DNA of 64,000 bases, from assembly GCA_946624065.1 (NCBI GenBank), contig CAMORT010000006.1, positions 339-64,338 of the forward strand, given 5' to 3'. The stretch's first letter is position 1. The number at the start of each line of letters is the position of its first letter. Both the position numbers and the translations under genes were made by a program. The notes beneath the pieces were generated by a model that was not told the DNA's origin, searched no databases, and saw nothing but the letters and a program-made list of their open reading frames with translations. Positions 50,097 through 60,294 of the stretch are shown piece by piece. The DNA is from an uncultured Bacteroidales bacterium (lineage in GTDB: Bacteria; Bacteroidota; Bacteroidia; Bacteroidales; WCHB1-69).

Positions 50097-51392
50097 ATGA
50101 AAAAACTCTATATCGAAACCTACGGCTGCCAGATGAACTTCGCCGATAGCGAGGTGGTGGCAGCCATTCTAAAAGACCAATATACCTTGACACAAGATGT
50201 GCAGGAAGCCGATCTCATCCTCATCAACACCTGCTCCATCCGCGACAAGGCCGAGCAACGTATTCATAAGCGGCTTCATGAACTGGAGGCACTGAAGAAA
50301 AAACACCGCTCGCTGCAAGTGGGCCTGCTGGGCTGCATGGCTGAACGCATGAAAGAGGAACTGTTTGAAACAGAACCCATTCTGAACTTTATTGCCGGAC
50401 CGGACTCTTACCGTAACTTGCCCCAACTCATCGAAAACTCCGCAGCGGGTGAGACTCAATTTAATGTAATTCTTTCTGAGGAAGAAACTTACGACAACAT
50501 TATGCCCGTGCGCTACGACCTCAACGGCGTGTCGGCCTTCGTGTCTATTATGCGCGGATGCAACAACTTTTGCACCTATTGTGTAGTGCCCTATACCCGT
50601 GGACGCGAACGCAGCCGCAGCCCTCAAACCATCCTCCATGAGGTGGAACAATTGCTCAAAGACGGCTATAAAGAGGTGACTCTGCTTGGACAAAATGTGA
50701 ATTCATACCAGTGGGAGAATATGACATTCGCCAAATTGATGGCCACCGTGGCGGAAATATCGCCTGAACTACGCGTGCGCTTCGCCACCTCACACCCGAA
50801 AGACATCTCCGATGAACTTTTGGAGACCATCGCACGCTATGACAATATATGCAAATACATACACCTGCCGGTACAGTCGGGCAGTAATGCGGTGCTCAAG
50901 CGTATGAACCGCGTCTATACCCGCGAATACTACTTGGACCGAGTGTGCAAAATCAAAGAACTGATGCCTGAGTGCGCCATCTCCACGGACATCATTGCCG
51001 GTTTCTGCGGCGAAACGGAGGAAGACCACCAGCAAACCCTTTCCATCATGCGCGAAGTGGGTTACGAATACGCCTATATGTTCAAATATTCCGAAAGAGG
51101 CGGCACCATGTCGGCCAAACGCTTCCAAGATGACATTCCCGACGAGGAAAAAACACGCCGTTTGGAAGAAATCATCGCACTTCAGGGCGAACTCTCCTTG
51201 GAAAGCAACAAACGCGATATCGGCAAGACCTTCCAAGTGCTGATTGAAGGCTCTTCCAAACGCTCCGCCGACCAACTTTATGGCCGTAACAGTCAGAATA
51301 AAGTCATCATTTTCCCGAGAGGCAATCACAAAATCGGCGACTATATTGATGTGACCGTTAAAGACTGCACTGCCGCTACGCTGTTTGCATAA
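50097..51392 (+). CDS. miaB: tRNA-2-methylthio-N6-dimethylallyladenosine synthase
   Basis: TYGCQMN, NTCSIR, GCNNFCTYCVVPYTRGRERSR and a TRAM domain. Confidence 0.98.
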   Translation: MKKLYIETYGCQMNFADSEVVAAILKDQYTLTQDVQEADLILINTCSIRDKAEQRIHKRLHELEALKKKHRSLQVGLLGCMAERMKEELFETEPILNFIAGPDSYRNLPQLIENSAAGETQFNVILSEEETYDNIMPVRYDLNGVSAFVSIMRGCNNFCTYCVVPYTRGRERSRSPQTILHEVEQLLKDGYKEVTLLGQNVNSYQWENMTFAKLMATVAEISPELRVRFATSHPKDISDELLETIARYDNICKYIHLPVQSGSNAVLKRMNRVYTREYYLDRVCKIKELMPECAISTDIIAGFCGETEEDHQQTLSIMREVGYEYAYMFKYSERGGTMSAKRFQDDIPDEEKTRRLEEIIALQGELSLESNKRDIGKTFQVLIEGSSKRSADQLYGRNSQNKVIIFPRGNHKIGDYIDVTVKDCTAATLFA

Positions 51393-51406
51393 AACACTAA
51401 GAATCT

Positions 51407-53872
51407 ATGCTTTACCCCGATAATTTTGAAGAGAAAATAGGGTTCGACACCATACGCCAACTGCTGCGCGGACGGTGCCTCTGTCCCATGGGACAAAACT
51501 ATGTGGACGCTATTGCCATGATGTCGGACCTGGACAACATAAATCCCGAACTGGAGCGTGTGGAAGAGATGCGGCAACTGTTGTTGTTTGACGATCCTTT
51601 TCCCGCACAAGACTACTACGACCTGCGCGCTGAATTGAAACGCCTGCAGGTGGACGGCACTTACATTGAACTGGAGGAACTGGCCCAACTGCGCGGCTTT
51701 ATCGTCACCATGACGAACATTTTCGTCTATTTGCGTTCGCGTCAACAAGACAAAAAATATCCCTATTTGTGGGATATCTGCGAAGAGATGCCCATCCAGC
51801 GCGACCTGTTGAACGCTATCAACCGTATTTTGGACGACAAAGGGCAATTGCGCGACAATGCTTCTGACGAACTGAGCCGCATCAAAGGCGAAATCAACCG
51901 TATTTCCAACAGTGCCGATCGACAGATTCGCAAAATCCTGAATGCTGCCAAACAAGACGGTTTGGTGAAAGAGGATGCCGAGATGACCATCCGTAACGGA
52001 CGACTCTGTATTCCCATCGCGGCCCAATACAAGCGCCGCCTCAAAGGATTCATCCACGATGAATCCGCAACTGGACAAACCGTGTTCATCGAACCAACAG
52101 AAGTTTTTGATGCCAACAACGAATTGAAAGACCTGCAAAATGCAGCAAGTCGAGAAATGGTGCGCATTTTGACGGAGTTGTCGAACAATATTCGTTCTAT
52201 AATTCCGGAACTGCTGGAAGCACAGCATATTATGGGTCGTTACGATTTCCTGCGCGCCAAAGCGCTGTTCGCCATTGACATCAATGCTGCTCTGCCGCAC
52301 ATTCACAACCGCCAACTTATTGAATGGCAACAAGCCGTACACCCGCTACTTTACCTCACGCTAAAGAAATCAGGCAAAAAGGTGATTCCTTTGGATATGA
52401 AACTGATCGATGGTCAGCGTATTCTATTGATTTCAGGGCCCAATGCCGGCGGAAAATCCGTGTGTCTGAAATGCGTAGGACTGCTCCAATACATGATGCA
52501 GTGCGGATTGCTGGTTTCCATGCAAAGCACCTCAGACATGGGCATCTTCGACAGTATCTTTATAGACATTGGAGATGAACAATCCATTGAAAATGACCTC
52601 AGCACATACAGTTCGCATCTTTCCAACCTAAAGATGATGGACGACCATCTCAACAGCAAATCGTTATTTTTGATTGACGAGTTCGGGTCGGGTACGGAAC
52701 CCACACTGGGCGGTGCGTTGGCCGAAGCCATTTTGGAAAGTTTTTACGAACACAAAGCTTTCGGCATCATCACCACGCACTACGGGAATCTGAAGATGTT
52801 TCCCGACACGCACCCCGAAGCGGAAAACGGGGCCATGCTGTACGACACGCAGGCACTTCAACCACTGTACAAACTCAAAATCGGCAAGCCGGGAAGTTCT
52901 TTCACTTACGAGATTGCCCGACATATAGGACTAAATCCTCATATTATAGAAAGCGCTATCGCCAAATCGGGAACCGCGCAAATTGACTATGAGCGCAAAC
53001 TGGAAGAGATTGAAATTGCGCAAATGGAAACGGAAAAAACGCTGAAACAAGTGCGCGCCGCCGATGACCAACTGGCCGAGATGATCGATGAATATTCGGA
53101 AAAATTCTCCGAATTGGACAAACAACGAAAAGACATCATCCAGAAAGCCAAAAACCAGGCCAACATGATTGTGGAGAGTGCCAACAAGGTCATTGAGAAA
53201 ACCATCCGCGACATCAAGGAGGCCAAGGCTGATGCCGTGAAGACCAAAAAGGCGCGTGAAAATGTCACCAAACTGAAAGAAGAACTCAAAGGAGAAATTG
53301 AATCCATTGAAAAAGAAGAGAGTTTGAAACCCATTGTACCGGTGAAGCGCAGTGCTCCGAAACCCAAGAAAGTGGAAGAAAAACCGGAAGACAACATCAT
53401 CCGCGTGGGCGACAGTGTCTTCATGGCCGACATGCAAGTAACGGGCGAGGTGACTGCCATCAGCGGCAACGATGCCACCATTGCGTTCAACTCCATATCC
53501 TTCAAGACGGATGTGCGCAAGTTGGCGAAAATCAGCAAACGGGAGGCGCGTGAGGTGCGTCGGGGCGGGGTGGTTCATTACAACGAAGGTACCTTGGGCG
53601 ATGCCATAAACAAGAAGTTGGCGGAATTTGACGCCACCTTGGACGTGCGCGGGCAGCGCGCGGACGAACTCATCGCCAACCTCGAGGAATACCTTGACGA
53701 AGCCGCCCTGCTGAGCATCCGCTTCGTGCGCATCCTGCACGGCAAAGGCAATGGTATCCTCCGCCAAATCACCCGCCAGGAACTGGCCAAGCGCAAAGAT
53801 GTGGAGGCCTTTCAGGACGAAGCCCTGGAAATGGGCGGCAGCGGAATCACTGTGGTTAAAATGCGGATATAG
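51407..53872 (+). CDS. mutS2: Endonuclease MutS2 (Smr domain)
   Basis: SGPNAGGKS, DIGDEQSIENDLSTYSSH, DEFGSGTEP and ILHGKGNGILR. Confidence 0.96.
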   Translation: MLYPDNFEEKIGFDTIRQLLRGRCLCPMGQNYVDAIAMMSDLDNINPELERVEEMRQLLLFDDPFPAQDYYDLRAELKRLQVDGTYIELEELAQLRGFIVTMTNIFVYLRSRQQDKKYPYLWDICEEMPIQRDLLNAINRILDDKGQLRDNASDELSRIKGEINRISNSADRQIRKILNAAKQDGLVKEDAEMTIRNGRLCIPIAAQYKRRLKGFIHDESATGQTVFIEPTEVFDANNELKDLQNAASREMVRILTELSNNIRSIIPELLEAQHIMGRYDFLRAKALFAIDINAALPHIHNRQLIEWQQAVHPLLYLTLKKSGKKVIPLDMKLIDGQRILLISGPNAGGKSVCLKCVGLLQYMMQCGLLVSMQSTSDMGIFDSIFIDIGDEQSIENDLSTYSSHLSNLKMMDDHLNSKSLFLIDEFGSGTEPTLGGALAEAILESFYEHKAFGIITTHYGNLKMFPDTHPEAENGAMLYDTQALQPLYKLKIGKPGSSFTYEIARHIGLNPHIIESAIAKSGTAQIDYERKLEEIEIAQMETEKTLKQVRAADDQLAEMIDEYSEKFSELDKQRKDIIQKAKNQANMIVESANKVIEKTIRDIKEAKADAVKTKKARENVTKLKEELKGEIESIEKEESLKPIVPVKRSAPKPKKVEEKPEDNIIRVGDSVFMADMQVTGEVTAISGNDATIAFNSISFKTDVRKLAKISKREAREVRRGGVVHYNEGTLGDAINKKLAEFDATLDVRGQRADELIANLEEYLDEAALLSIRFVRILHGKGNGILRQITRQELAKRKDVEAFQDEALEMGGSGITVVKMRI

Positions 53873-53975
53873 AACGCATAATATTTAACCTTGATTGATA
53901 TTTTCTGTCCCTTATTCACTGTTCACTATTCACTAATTTTTGTACCTTTGCGGCCCTAAAAAAACACACACCGTG

Positions 53976-55769
53976 ATGAAAAAGAATATTCTTTGCACTT
54001 TTTTGCTTTGTATTGGTTGCTTGACTATTGTTTTTGCCCAGAATCCGAACAAAAACTACCAGCCCAACAAGACTAAAATGGACCAACTCATCAACTCCAT
54101 CAACATGATGTATGTGGACTCCATTGATTTTGATCCGCTGATGGACAAGGCCATCGTGGCCATGCTGAAGGAGTTGGACCCGCACACCGCTTACATTCCC
54201 AAAAAAGATGTGCAAGCCATGAACGAACCCCTTATCGGTTCTTTCGACGGCATCGGCGTGACATTCCAACTGATTAAGGACACCATCAATGTGATGGAAG
54301 TCATCATAAACGGCCCTTCCGAAAAGGTGGGACTGCTGGCAGGCGACAAGATTGTAAAGGTGGATGACACCATCGCCTACGGTGAAAAAATCTCCAACGA
54401 CTGGGTGCGCAAGCATTTGCGTGGGGCTAAAGGTTCCAAGGTGAAAGTCTCCATCAAGCGCGGACACAATCCCGAACTGCTCGATTTTGTCATCACGCGC
54501 GGCGCCATCCCGATGCACAGCATCAATGTCTCCTTCATGGCTGACGAAACTACCGGCTACATCAAGTTGGAACGCTTCGCCGCCACCTCCACCAACGAGC
54601 TGACCTCAGCCATCAAAAAACTGAAAGACCAAGGCATGCAAGACCTCATCCTGGACCTCCGGGGCAACGGCGGCGGCTATCTCAATGTGGCCTTCGAAAT
54701 CTGTGACCAGTTCATCTCCGGCAAGAGAATCATCGTTTATACAGACAACTTCCGCAAAACCGGCGAGAAGTTCTATTCCGAGAAGAACGGACTTTTTGAG
54801 GAAGGCAAACTCATTGTTTTGGTGGACGAGAACTCCGCCTCCGCCTCCGAAATCACCTCCGGTTGCGTGCAAGACTGGGACCGTGGCTTGGTTATTGGCC
54901 GCAGGACCTTTGGTAAAGGATTGGTACAAAAACCGTTAACCTTTATTGACCAATCCCAAGTGCGCCTCACCATCTCCCATTATTACACACCTACGGGCCG
55001 TTGCATCCAAAAACCCTACGATGACGGTTTGGACAGCTATTTCAAAGATTTGCAAAAGCGAGCCAACCGCGGAGAACTCTACACCGCCGACAGCATCCAA
55101 TTCCCGGATTCATTGAAATACAAAACCCCGCACGGACGCACCGTGTATGGCGGCGGCGGTATCATGCCCGACATTTTTGTTCCGCTGGACACCACCAAAT
55201 ATTCCACCCTCTACAATGAAATCGTGCGCAAGGGCGTGTTCGGCAGCTTCGTGGCTGACTATATGGACAAGAACCGCGAACCGCTCAAAAAACGATATCC
55301 CACTTTTGAAGCGTTTAAAGACAACTATGTCATCACGGACGCTTTCTATAACGAATTTATGCAATATGCTAAAAAAGAAGGTGTTAGCGATAGCGCTTCC
55401 TTTAAATTCTCCAATTACGCCAATGCTTTCATCAAAGAGAATACCGCAAAACTGGATTCTTTGTTCACTTCTACCAACAGCATAGACCAACACATGCTGG
55501 ACACGATGTTCACCAATTATGTGAACAAGAACTATGCGGAGGCTATGCGTTTGCGCAATGAGGAGCATGTGAGCGAATACATCAAAGAGTATCTCAAATA
55601 TGAAATCGCCCGCAGCTTGTACGGTTTCGGCGACGCATACCGCATCTTCCTCGAAAGCGATGACACCTATCAGAAAGCGTTGGAGGTGATGCACAACAAG
55701 AAAATCTTCAAAAAATTCAAAGTTTATTCCGGAAAGGGAAATTCTGACAAAGACAAAGACAACGATTGA
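53976..55769 (+). CDS. S41 family carboxy-terminal processing peptidase
   Basis: LDPH, PDZ domain, DLRGNGGG, SASASEI and RTFGKGLVQ. Confidence 0.95.
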   Translation: MKKNILCTFLLCIGCLTIVFAQNPNKNYQPNKTKMDQLINSINMMYVDSIDFDPLMDKAIVAMLKELDPHTAYIPKKDVQAMNEPLIGSFDGIGVTFQLIKDTINVMEVIINGPSEKVGLLAGDKIVKVDDTIAYGEKISNDWVRKHLRGAKGSKVKVSIKRGHNPELLDFVITRGAIPMHSINVSFMADETTGYIKLERFAATSTNELTSAIKKLKDQGMQDLILDLRGNGGGYLNVAFEICDQFISGKRIIVYTDNFRKTGEKFYSEKNGLFEEGKLIVLVDENSASASEITSGCVQDWDRGLVIGRRTFGKGLVQKPLTFIDQSQVRLTISHYYTPTGRCIQKPYDDGLDSYFKDLQKRANRGELYTADSIQFPDSLKYKTPHGRTVYGGGGIMPDIFVPLDTTKYSTLYNEIVRKGVFGSFVADYMDKNREPLKKRYPTFEAFKDNYVITDAFYNEFMQYAKKEGVSDSASFKFSNYANAFIKENTAKLDSLFTSTNSIDQHMLDTMFTNYVNKNYAEAMRLRNEEHVSEYIKEYLKYEIARSLYGFGDAYRIFLESDDTYQKALEVMHNKKIFKKFKVYSGKGNSDKDKDND

Positions 55770-57739
55770 TGATTTCCAAAAAAACCATAGACGAAATCAA
55801 CTTCGCGGCCAAGATTGAGGAGGTCGTGGGTGACTTTGTTCCGCTGAAACGGCAGGGGCAAGGTTATGTGGGCGTATGCCCGTTCCACGACGACCGCAAT
55901 CCCTCCATGCATGTGAATCCGCGTCTGGGCATCTACAAATGCTTTGTATGCGATGCCAAAGGCGGTGCCGTCACCTTTTTGATGGAACATGCCAAGATGA
56001 CTTATCCGGAGGCGTTGGAGTATTTAGCCAACAAATACAGCATCACCATTGAGTACGACCGGGTTGAAACACCGGAAGAAAAGGAGCTCCGGAGCGAGAA
56101 GGAGAGTCTTTATCTGGTCAATGAGTTTGCGGAAAAGTGGTTCATGGACCAGCTGCGCAACGGTGAGGAAGGCAAGCTGTTAGGTCTCTCTTACTTCAAG
56201 GAACGCGGGTTCATGGACGCTACTCTTGACAAGTTCAAATTGGGCTACTGCCCCGGCGGATGGGACACCTTCACCAAAGAGGCGATTAAAAAAGGATATA
56301 AAGAAGATTTTCTTCTGAAATTAGGACTGATTAAGAAATCGGAAAGTGGAAAGTTGTACGACGCTTATCGCGGCCGTGTCATCTTCCCCATCCACAACAC
56401 CACGGGCAAGACCATCGGTTTCGGAGGACGCGTGCTGAAAAAAGACGAGAAGACCGCCAAATATATCAATTCGCCCGAAAACGAAATCTACCATAAGAGC
56501 GACACGCTGTACGATATTTACCTGGCCAAGAAAGCCATTCGTCAGAAGGACAACGTCTATCTGGTGGAAGGTTACACGGATGTGATTTCCATGTTCGAGG
56601 CTGGCATTGAGAATGTGGTGGCTTCATCAGGCACATCGCTCACCAACGAGCAGGTGAGGATTCTGGGCACGCAGACCCGCAATATCACCGTGTTGTACGA
56701 CGGCGACCGCGCGGGTATCAAGGCCTCGCTGCGCGGCATTGACATGCTGTTGGAGAAAAATCTCAATGTAAAAGTGTGCTTGCTGCCTGACGGGGAAGAT
56801 CCGGACTCGTTTGCCAAAAAACACAGAGACAGTGAGTTAGCGGATTATTTGGAGAAAAACTCCACCGATTTCCTCTTGTTCAAGGCCAATATTTTGTCGG
56901 AGGAAGCCGGTGACGACCCGCGCAAGCGCAGTGAAATGGTAAAGGAGATTGTGAAGAGCATCGCCAAGGTGCAGGACCGCATCGCGCAGACATTCTACAT
57001 TAAGAAGTGCGCCACCCTTTTCGACTTGTCAGAAAAAACCTTGGGCGATGAGTTACGCTTTCTTACTTGGCAGGACAAGGTAAAGGGCGGCAAAAATGCT
57101 GCGGAAGCTCCGGAACTTGTCTCTCCTGTTGAGAAAAAAACGCCCGAAAGACCCGCTAAAAACGCTGATTTGCTCTATGAGGCGGAAAAAAATCTCATTA
57201 TTCTCCTCCTCAAATACGGTCTATATGAGATTTTTGTGGAAGCTCCGGAAAATGGCGAACCCATCCCTGTCCGAGTTGACCAATATGTTTTTGATGAATT
57301 GTACAACGACGGCATTATCCTGCACGATTCCAACCTGTTGAAAATGTACGAGCACTATGCTGAAGTGGCGGAAATACTCTGTGATCAGGATGACATCAAG
57401 CGCACCTTTCTGCTTAGTGAAAACAAGGAAGAAAGCGCTTTCGCTTTGGAATATATTGGCAGCGAAGACCCCACTTACAGTCCGCAATGGGTCAAAAAGT
57501 ACGAAATGTACACCAATTCTGTGCAAAACAGTCGCTCAACCTTGCAACAGGAAGTGGAAAACACCCTTCTTTCCCTCAAACTTCGCATTGCCGAACATGA
57601 AAAGGCATTTTTAGAAAAGGAACTTGCGGATAACAGTTATACGGAAGAAGAAAAATTGGGTATTATTCAAAAAATCGTGGCAACCGATAAAATCAGAAAA
57701 GAAATCGCAAAGCGTCTTAATATGACGATCAGCCGATAA
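55769..57739 (+). CDS. dnaG: DNA primase
   Basis: CPFH...CFVC zinc finger, KYINSPE, VEGYTDV and YDGDRAG. Confidence 0.98.
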   Translation: MISKKTIDEINFAAKIEEVVGDFVPLKRQGQGYVGVCPFHDDRNPSMHVNPRLGIYKCFVCDAKGGAVTFLMEHAKMTYPEALEYLANKYSITIEYDRVETPEEKELRSEKESLYLVNEFAEKWFMDQLRNGEEGKLLGLSYFKERGFMDATLDKFKLGYCPGGWDTFTKEAIKKGYKEDFLLKLGLIKKSESGKLYDAYRGRVIFPIHNTTGKTIGFGGRVLKKDEKTAKYINSPENEIYHKSDTLYDIYLAKKAIRQKDNVYLVEGYTDVISMFEAGIENVVASSGTSLTNEQVRILGTQTRNITVLYDGDRAGIKASLRGIDMLLEKNLNVKVCLLPDGEDPDSFAKKHRDSELADYLEKNSTDFLLFKANILSEEAGDDPRKRSEMVKEIVKSIAKVQDRIAQTFYIKKCATLFDLSEKTLGDELRFLTWQDKVKGGKNAAEAPELVSPVEKKTPERPAKNADLLYEAEKNLIILLLKYGLYEIFVEAPENGEPIPVRVDQYVFDELYNDGIILHDSNLLKMYEHYAEVAEILCDQDDIKRTFLLSENKEESAFALEYIGSEDPTYSPQWVKKYEMYTNSVQNSRSTLQQEVENTLLSLKLRIAEHEKAFLEKELADNSYTEEEKLGIIQKIVATDKIRKEIAKRLNMTISR

Positions 57740-57751
57740 AAAAAACAGAAT

Positions 57752-58687
57752 ATGAAACTCTTTAAGAAAATAGACTGGAAAAATATTGATTGGAAGAAAG
57801 TCCTCAAAGACTATGGCCTGATAGTGTTGGGAACATTCATCATGTCCATTGGTTATGTGATATTTGTCTCTCCGTTGAAACTGGCTCCGGGCGGTGTGTA
57901 CGGTATCGCCATCATTCTGCACCATGTCTTCAATTTCCCGATTGGTTTGTCGGGTATCTGTCTGGACTTGCCACTTCTTCTGATCGGAACCTTATGGTTG
58001 GGTCCGAAATTCGGGGCCAAAACTCTGGTGGGTGTCATCACATTGCCGGCCTTCATCTCCATGTGGGAAGGCATATATGGATATGCCCCTCTGATTAGTT
58101 TGCCGGGCCAGCCCATGATCCCCGACCCGTCCGCCAACTTCATCATCGCGCTCTGCGGAGGCGTTATCATCGGTGTCGGATTGGGTTTGATTTTCAAAAC
58201 CCGCGCCACCTCTGGTGGTTCTGACATTATCGCCATGATCATTGGCAAATATGTGAAACACATTCCGTTAGGAACCTTGTTGATTATGGTGGACTCCACT
58301 ATCGTGTTGGCCGCCTTGGCCGCATTCAAAGACTGGACCATTCCATTGTACTCTTGGCTCATCATTTATGTGACGGGCATTGTGATGGACAAAGTAATTG
58401 CCGGTTTCCACTCCAGCAAAGCTGTTTTGATTATTTCCGACAAGTACGAGGACATCCGTCTGCGCATTCTCGATGAACTGGAGCGCGGTGGCACATACCT
58501 TCATGGTGAGGGCATGTATAACTACAATGAGAAAAAAATCATATTCACGACCATTTCACGCAAAGAACTTCCTGTTCTCATCAATTTTGTACACGAAATC
58601 GATCCTAAAGCGTTTGTTACCATCGTAGATGCGTCGGAAACCCTTGGCGACGGTTTCACTTCACTGAAAGAAAAAGCACTCCAATAA
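57752..58687 (+). CDS. YitT family membrane protein
   Basis: LAPGGVYG, ATSGGSDI and EIDPKAFVTI. Confidence 0.92.
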   Translation: MKLFKKIDWKNIDWKKVLKDYGLIVLGTFIMSIGYVIFVSPLKLAPGGVYGIAIILHHVFNFPIGLSGICLDLPLLLIGTLWLGPKFGAKTLVGVITLPAFISMWEGIYGYAPLISLPGQPMIPDPSANFIIALCGGVIIGVGLGLIFKTRATSGGSDIIAMIIGKYVKHIPLGTLLIMVDSTIVLAALAAFKDWTIPLYSWLIIYVTGIVMDKVIAGFHSSKAVLIISDKYEDIRLRILDELERGGTYLHGEGMYNYNEKKIIFTTISRKELPVLINFVHEIDPKAFVTIVDASETLGDGFTSLKEKALQ

Positions 58688-58699
58688 TTATAATAGTTT

Positions 58700-58999
58700 A
58701 TGAAAGAAAAAGTCATTGAAGTACTGAACTCCATTTATGACCCGGAAATCCCTGTAAACATCTGGGAATTAGGTTTTATCTATAAATTGGAAGTCAACAA
58801 AAACAACGATGTCTATATCCTGATGACCCTCACTGCGCCCAATTGTCCGGTGGCCGAAAGTCTTCCGATGGAAGTGAAGACGAAGATTTCCATGATTCCG
58901 GGTGTAAACAAAGTGGAGGTGGAAGTGACTTTCGACCCGCCCTGGGAGATGGACATGATGACGGAAGCCGCAAAATTGGAGTTGGGACTGATTTATTAG
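58700..58999 (+). CDS. DUF59 (SufT-like) Fe-S cluster assembly protein
   Basis: IYDPEIPVNIWELG, MTLTAPNCPVA and FDPPW. Confidence 0.92.
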   Translation: MKEKVIEVLNSIYDPEIPVNIWELGFIYKLEVNKNNDVYILMTLTAPNCPVAESLPMEVKTKISMIPGVNKVEVEVTFDPPWEMDMMTEAAKLELGLIY

Positions 59000-59062
59000 A
59001 AGTTCCCCACATTTTTTGTACTTTTGCAGCCATTTTATAAAACATTGACAAACATACCTTTA

Positions 59063-60229
59063 ATGGCAAGAAAATTCAACAGCGAAGATTTTTCGGACGA
59101 CCAGACTTTCGAGAGAAAGCCACGCACAGAGAGTCGTCCCAAGCGCCGTTTCAACAACGACGAAGCGGGCAGTTCCAAACCCAGGCGTTCATTCAAGGAC
59201 AAGCCCTATAAATCCAAACGAAAATTCGAAGATGACGGGGAGAATTCTTTCCGCGGTAAGCGCGGTTTCAAGAAATTCGACCGTGATAATGACCGGCCAA
59301 AGCGCCGTTTCAACGACAAAGACGAGCGCCCCAAACGCTCTTTCCGCGACCGCAAGGAGGACGACCGTCCGCGCCACCGCAATGTGACTGCCGAGTCGGA
59401 GATTCTGACCGAGATCGTGGCCCGGCGCAAACGCGAAGGTCGGCAAACGCCCCGCGCGCAGAAAATCCTCACCTTGGAATTCGAGGAACAGCACGGTCCA
59501 ATCCGCTTGAACAAATACATTGCCAATGCCGGCATCTGCTCACGCCGCGACGCCGACGTGCTCATCGCCTCCGGCGCCATCACCGTGAACGGCGAAGTGG
59601 TGACCGAGATGGGCCACAAAGTGCTGCCCACCGACGAGGTGCGCTACGGCGACCGCGTGCTCCAACGCGAGAAACCCGTCTATGTGCTCCTCAACAAACC
59701 CAAAGACTACATCACCACCACCGATGACGAGCGCGACCGCGCCAATGTGATGGAACTCGTGCGCGACGCCTGCGAAGAGCGCATCTACCCCGTTGGCCGC
59801 CTCGACCGCGACACCACCGGACTGCTGCTTTTCACCAACGACGGCGACCTCACCAAGAAACTCACCCACCCGAGCTCACAAATTGAAAAAACCTACCTGG
59901 TGGAACTGGACAAACCCTTCGCCCCCATCGATATGGCCGCCATTCGCAACGGACTTGAACTCTCCGACGGCGTTATCATCCCCGATGATGTGCAATATGT
60001 GGAGGGGTCCGAATCGAAAAGGGAAATCGGCATCACCATCCATTCCGGCAAAAACCGCATCATCCGCCGCATGTTCGAATTTCTCGGCTACAATGTGGAG
60101 AAACTGGACCGCGTGATCTTCGCCGGACTCACCAAAAAGGACCTCCCCAGAGGCATGTGGCGCTTCCTCACCAAAAAAGAAGTGGCTTTCCTGAAAATGA
60201 TCTCCCAAAAGGAGCAGGAAGAAAAATAG
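59063..60229 (+). CDS. rRNA pseudouridine synthase (RsuA/RluB family) with charged low-complexity N-terminus
   Basis: RLNKYIANAGICSRR S4 domain, LNKPKDY and PVGRLDRDTTGLLLFTNDG. Confidence 0.93.
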   Translation: MARKFNSEDFSDDQTFERKPRTESRPKRRFNNDEAGSSKPRRSFKDKPYKSKRKFEDDGENSFRGKRGFKKFDRDNDRPKRRFNDKDERPKRSFRDRKEDDRPRHRNVTAESEILTEIVARRKREGRQTPRAQKILTLEFEEQHGPIRLNKYIANAGICSRRDADVLIASGAITVNGEVVTEMGHKVLPTDEVRYGDRVLQREKPVYVLLNKPKDYITTTDDERDRANVMELVRDACEERIYPVGRLDRDTTGLLLFTNDGDLTKKLTHPSSQIEKTYLVELDKPFAPIDMAAIRNGLELSDGVIIPDDVQYVEGSESKREIGITIHSGKNRIIRRMFEFLGYNVEKLDRVIFAGLTKKDLPRGMWRFLTKKEVAFLKMISQKEQEEK

Positions 60230-60257
60230 CTGCATAAGATACATGGAATTAGAACCC

Positions 60258-60292
60258 TCTCACATCTCACGTCTTAAGTCTCACATCTTAAA
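60258..60292. repeat. Degenerate heptamer array
   Basis: tctcaca tctcacg tcttaag tctcaca tcttaaa. Confidence 0.75.
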
Positions 60293-60294
60293 TT

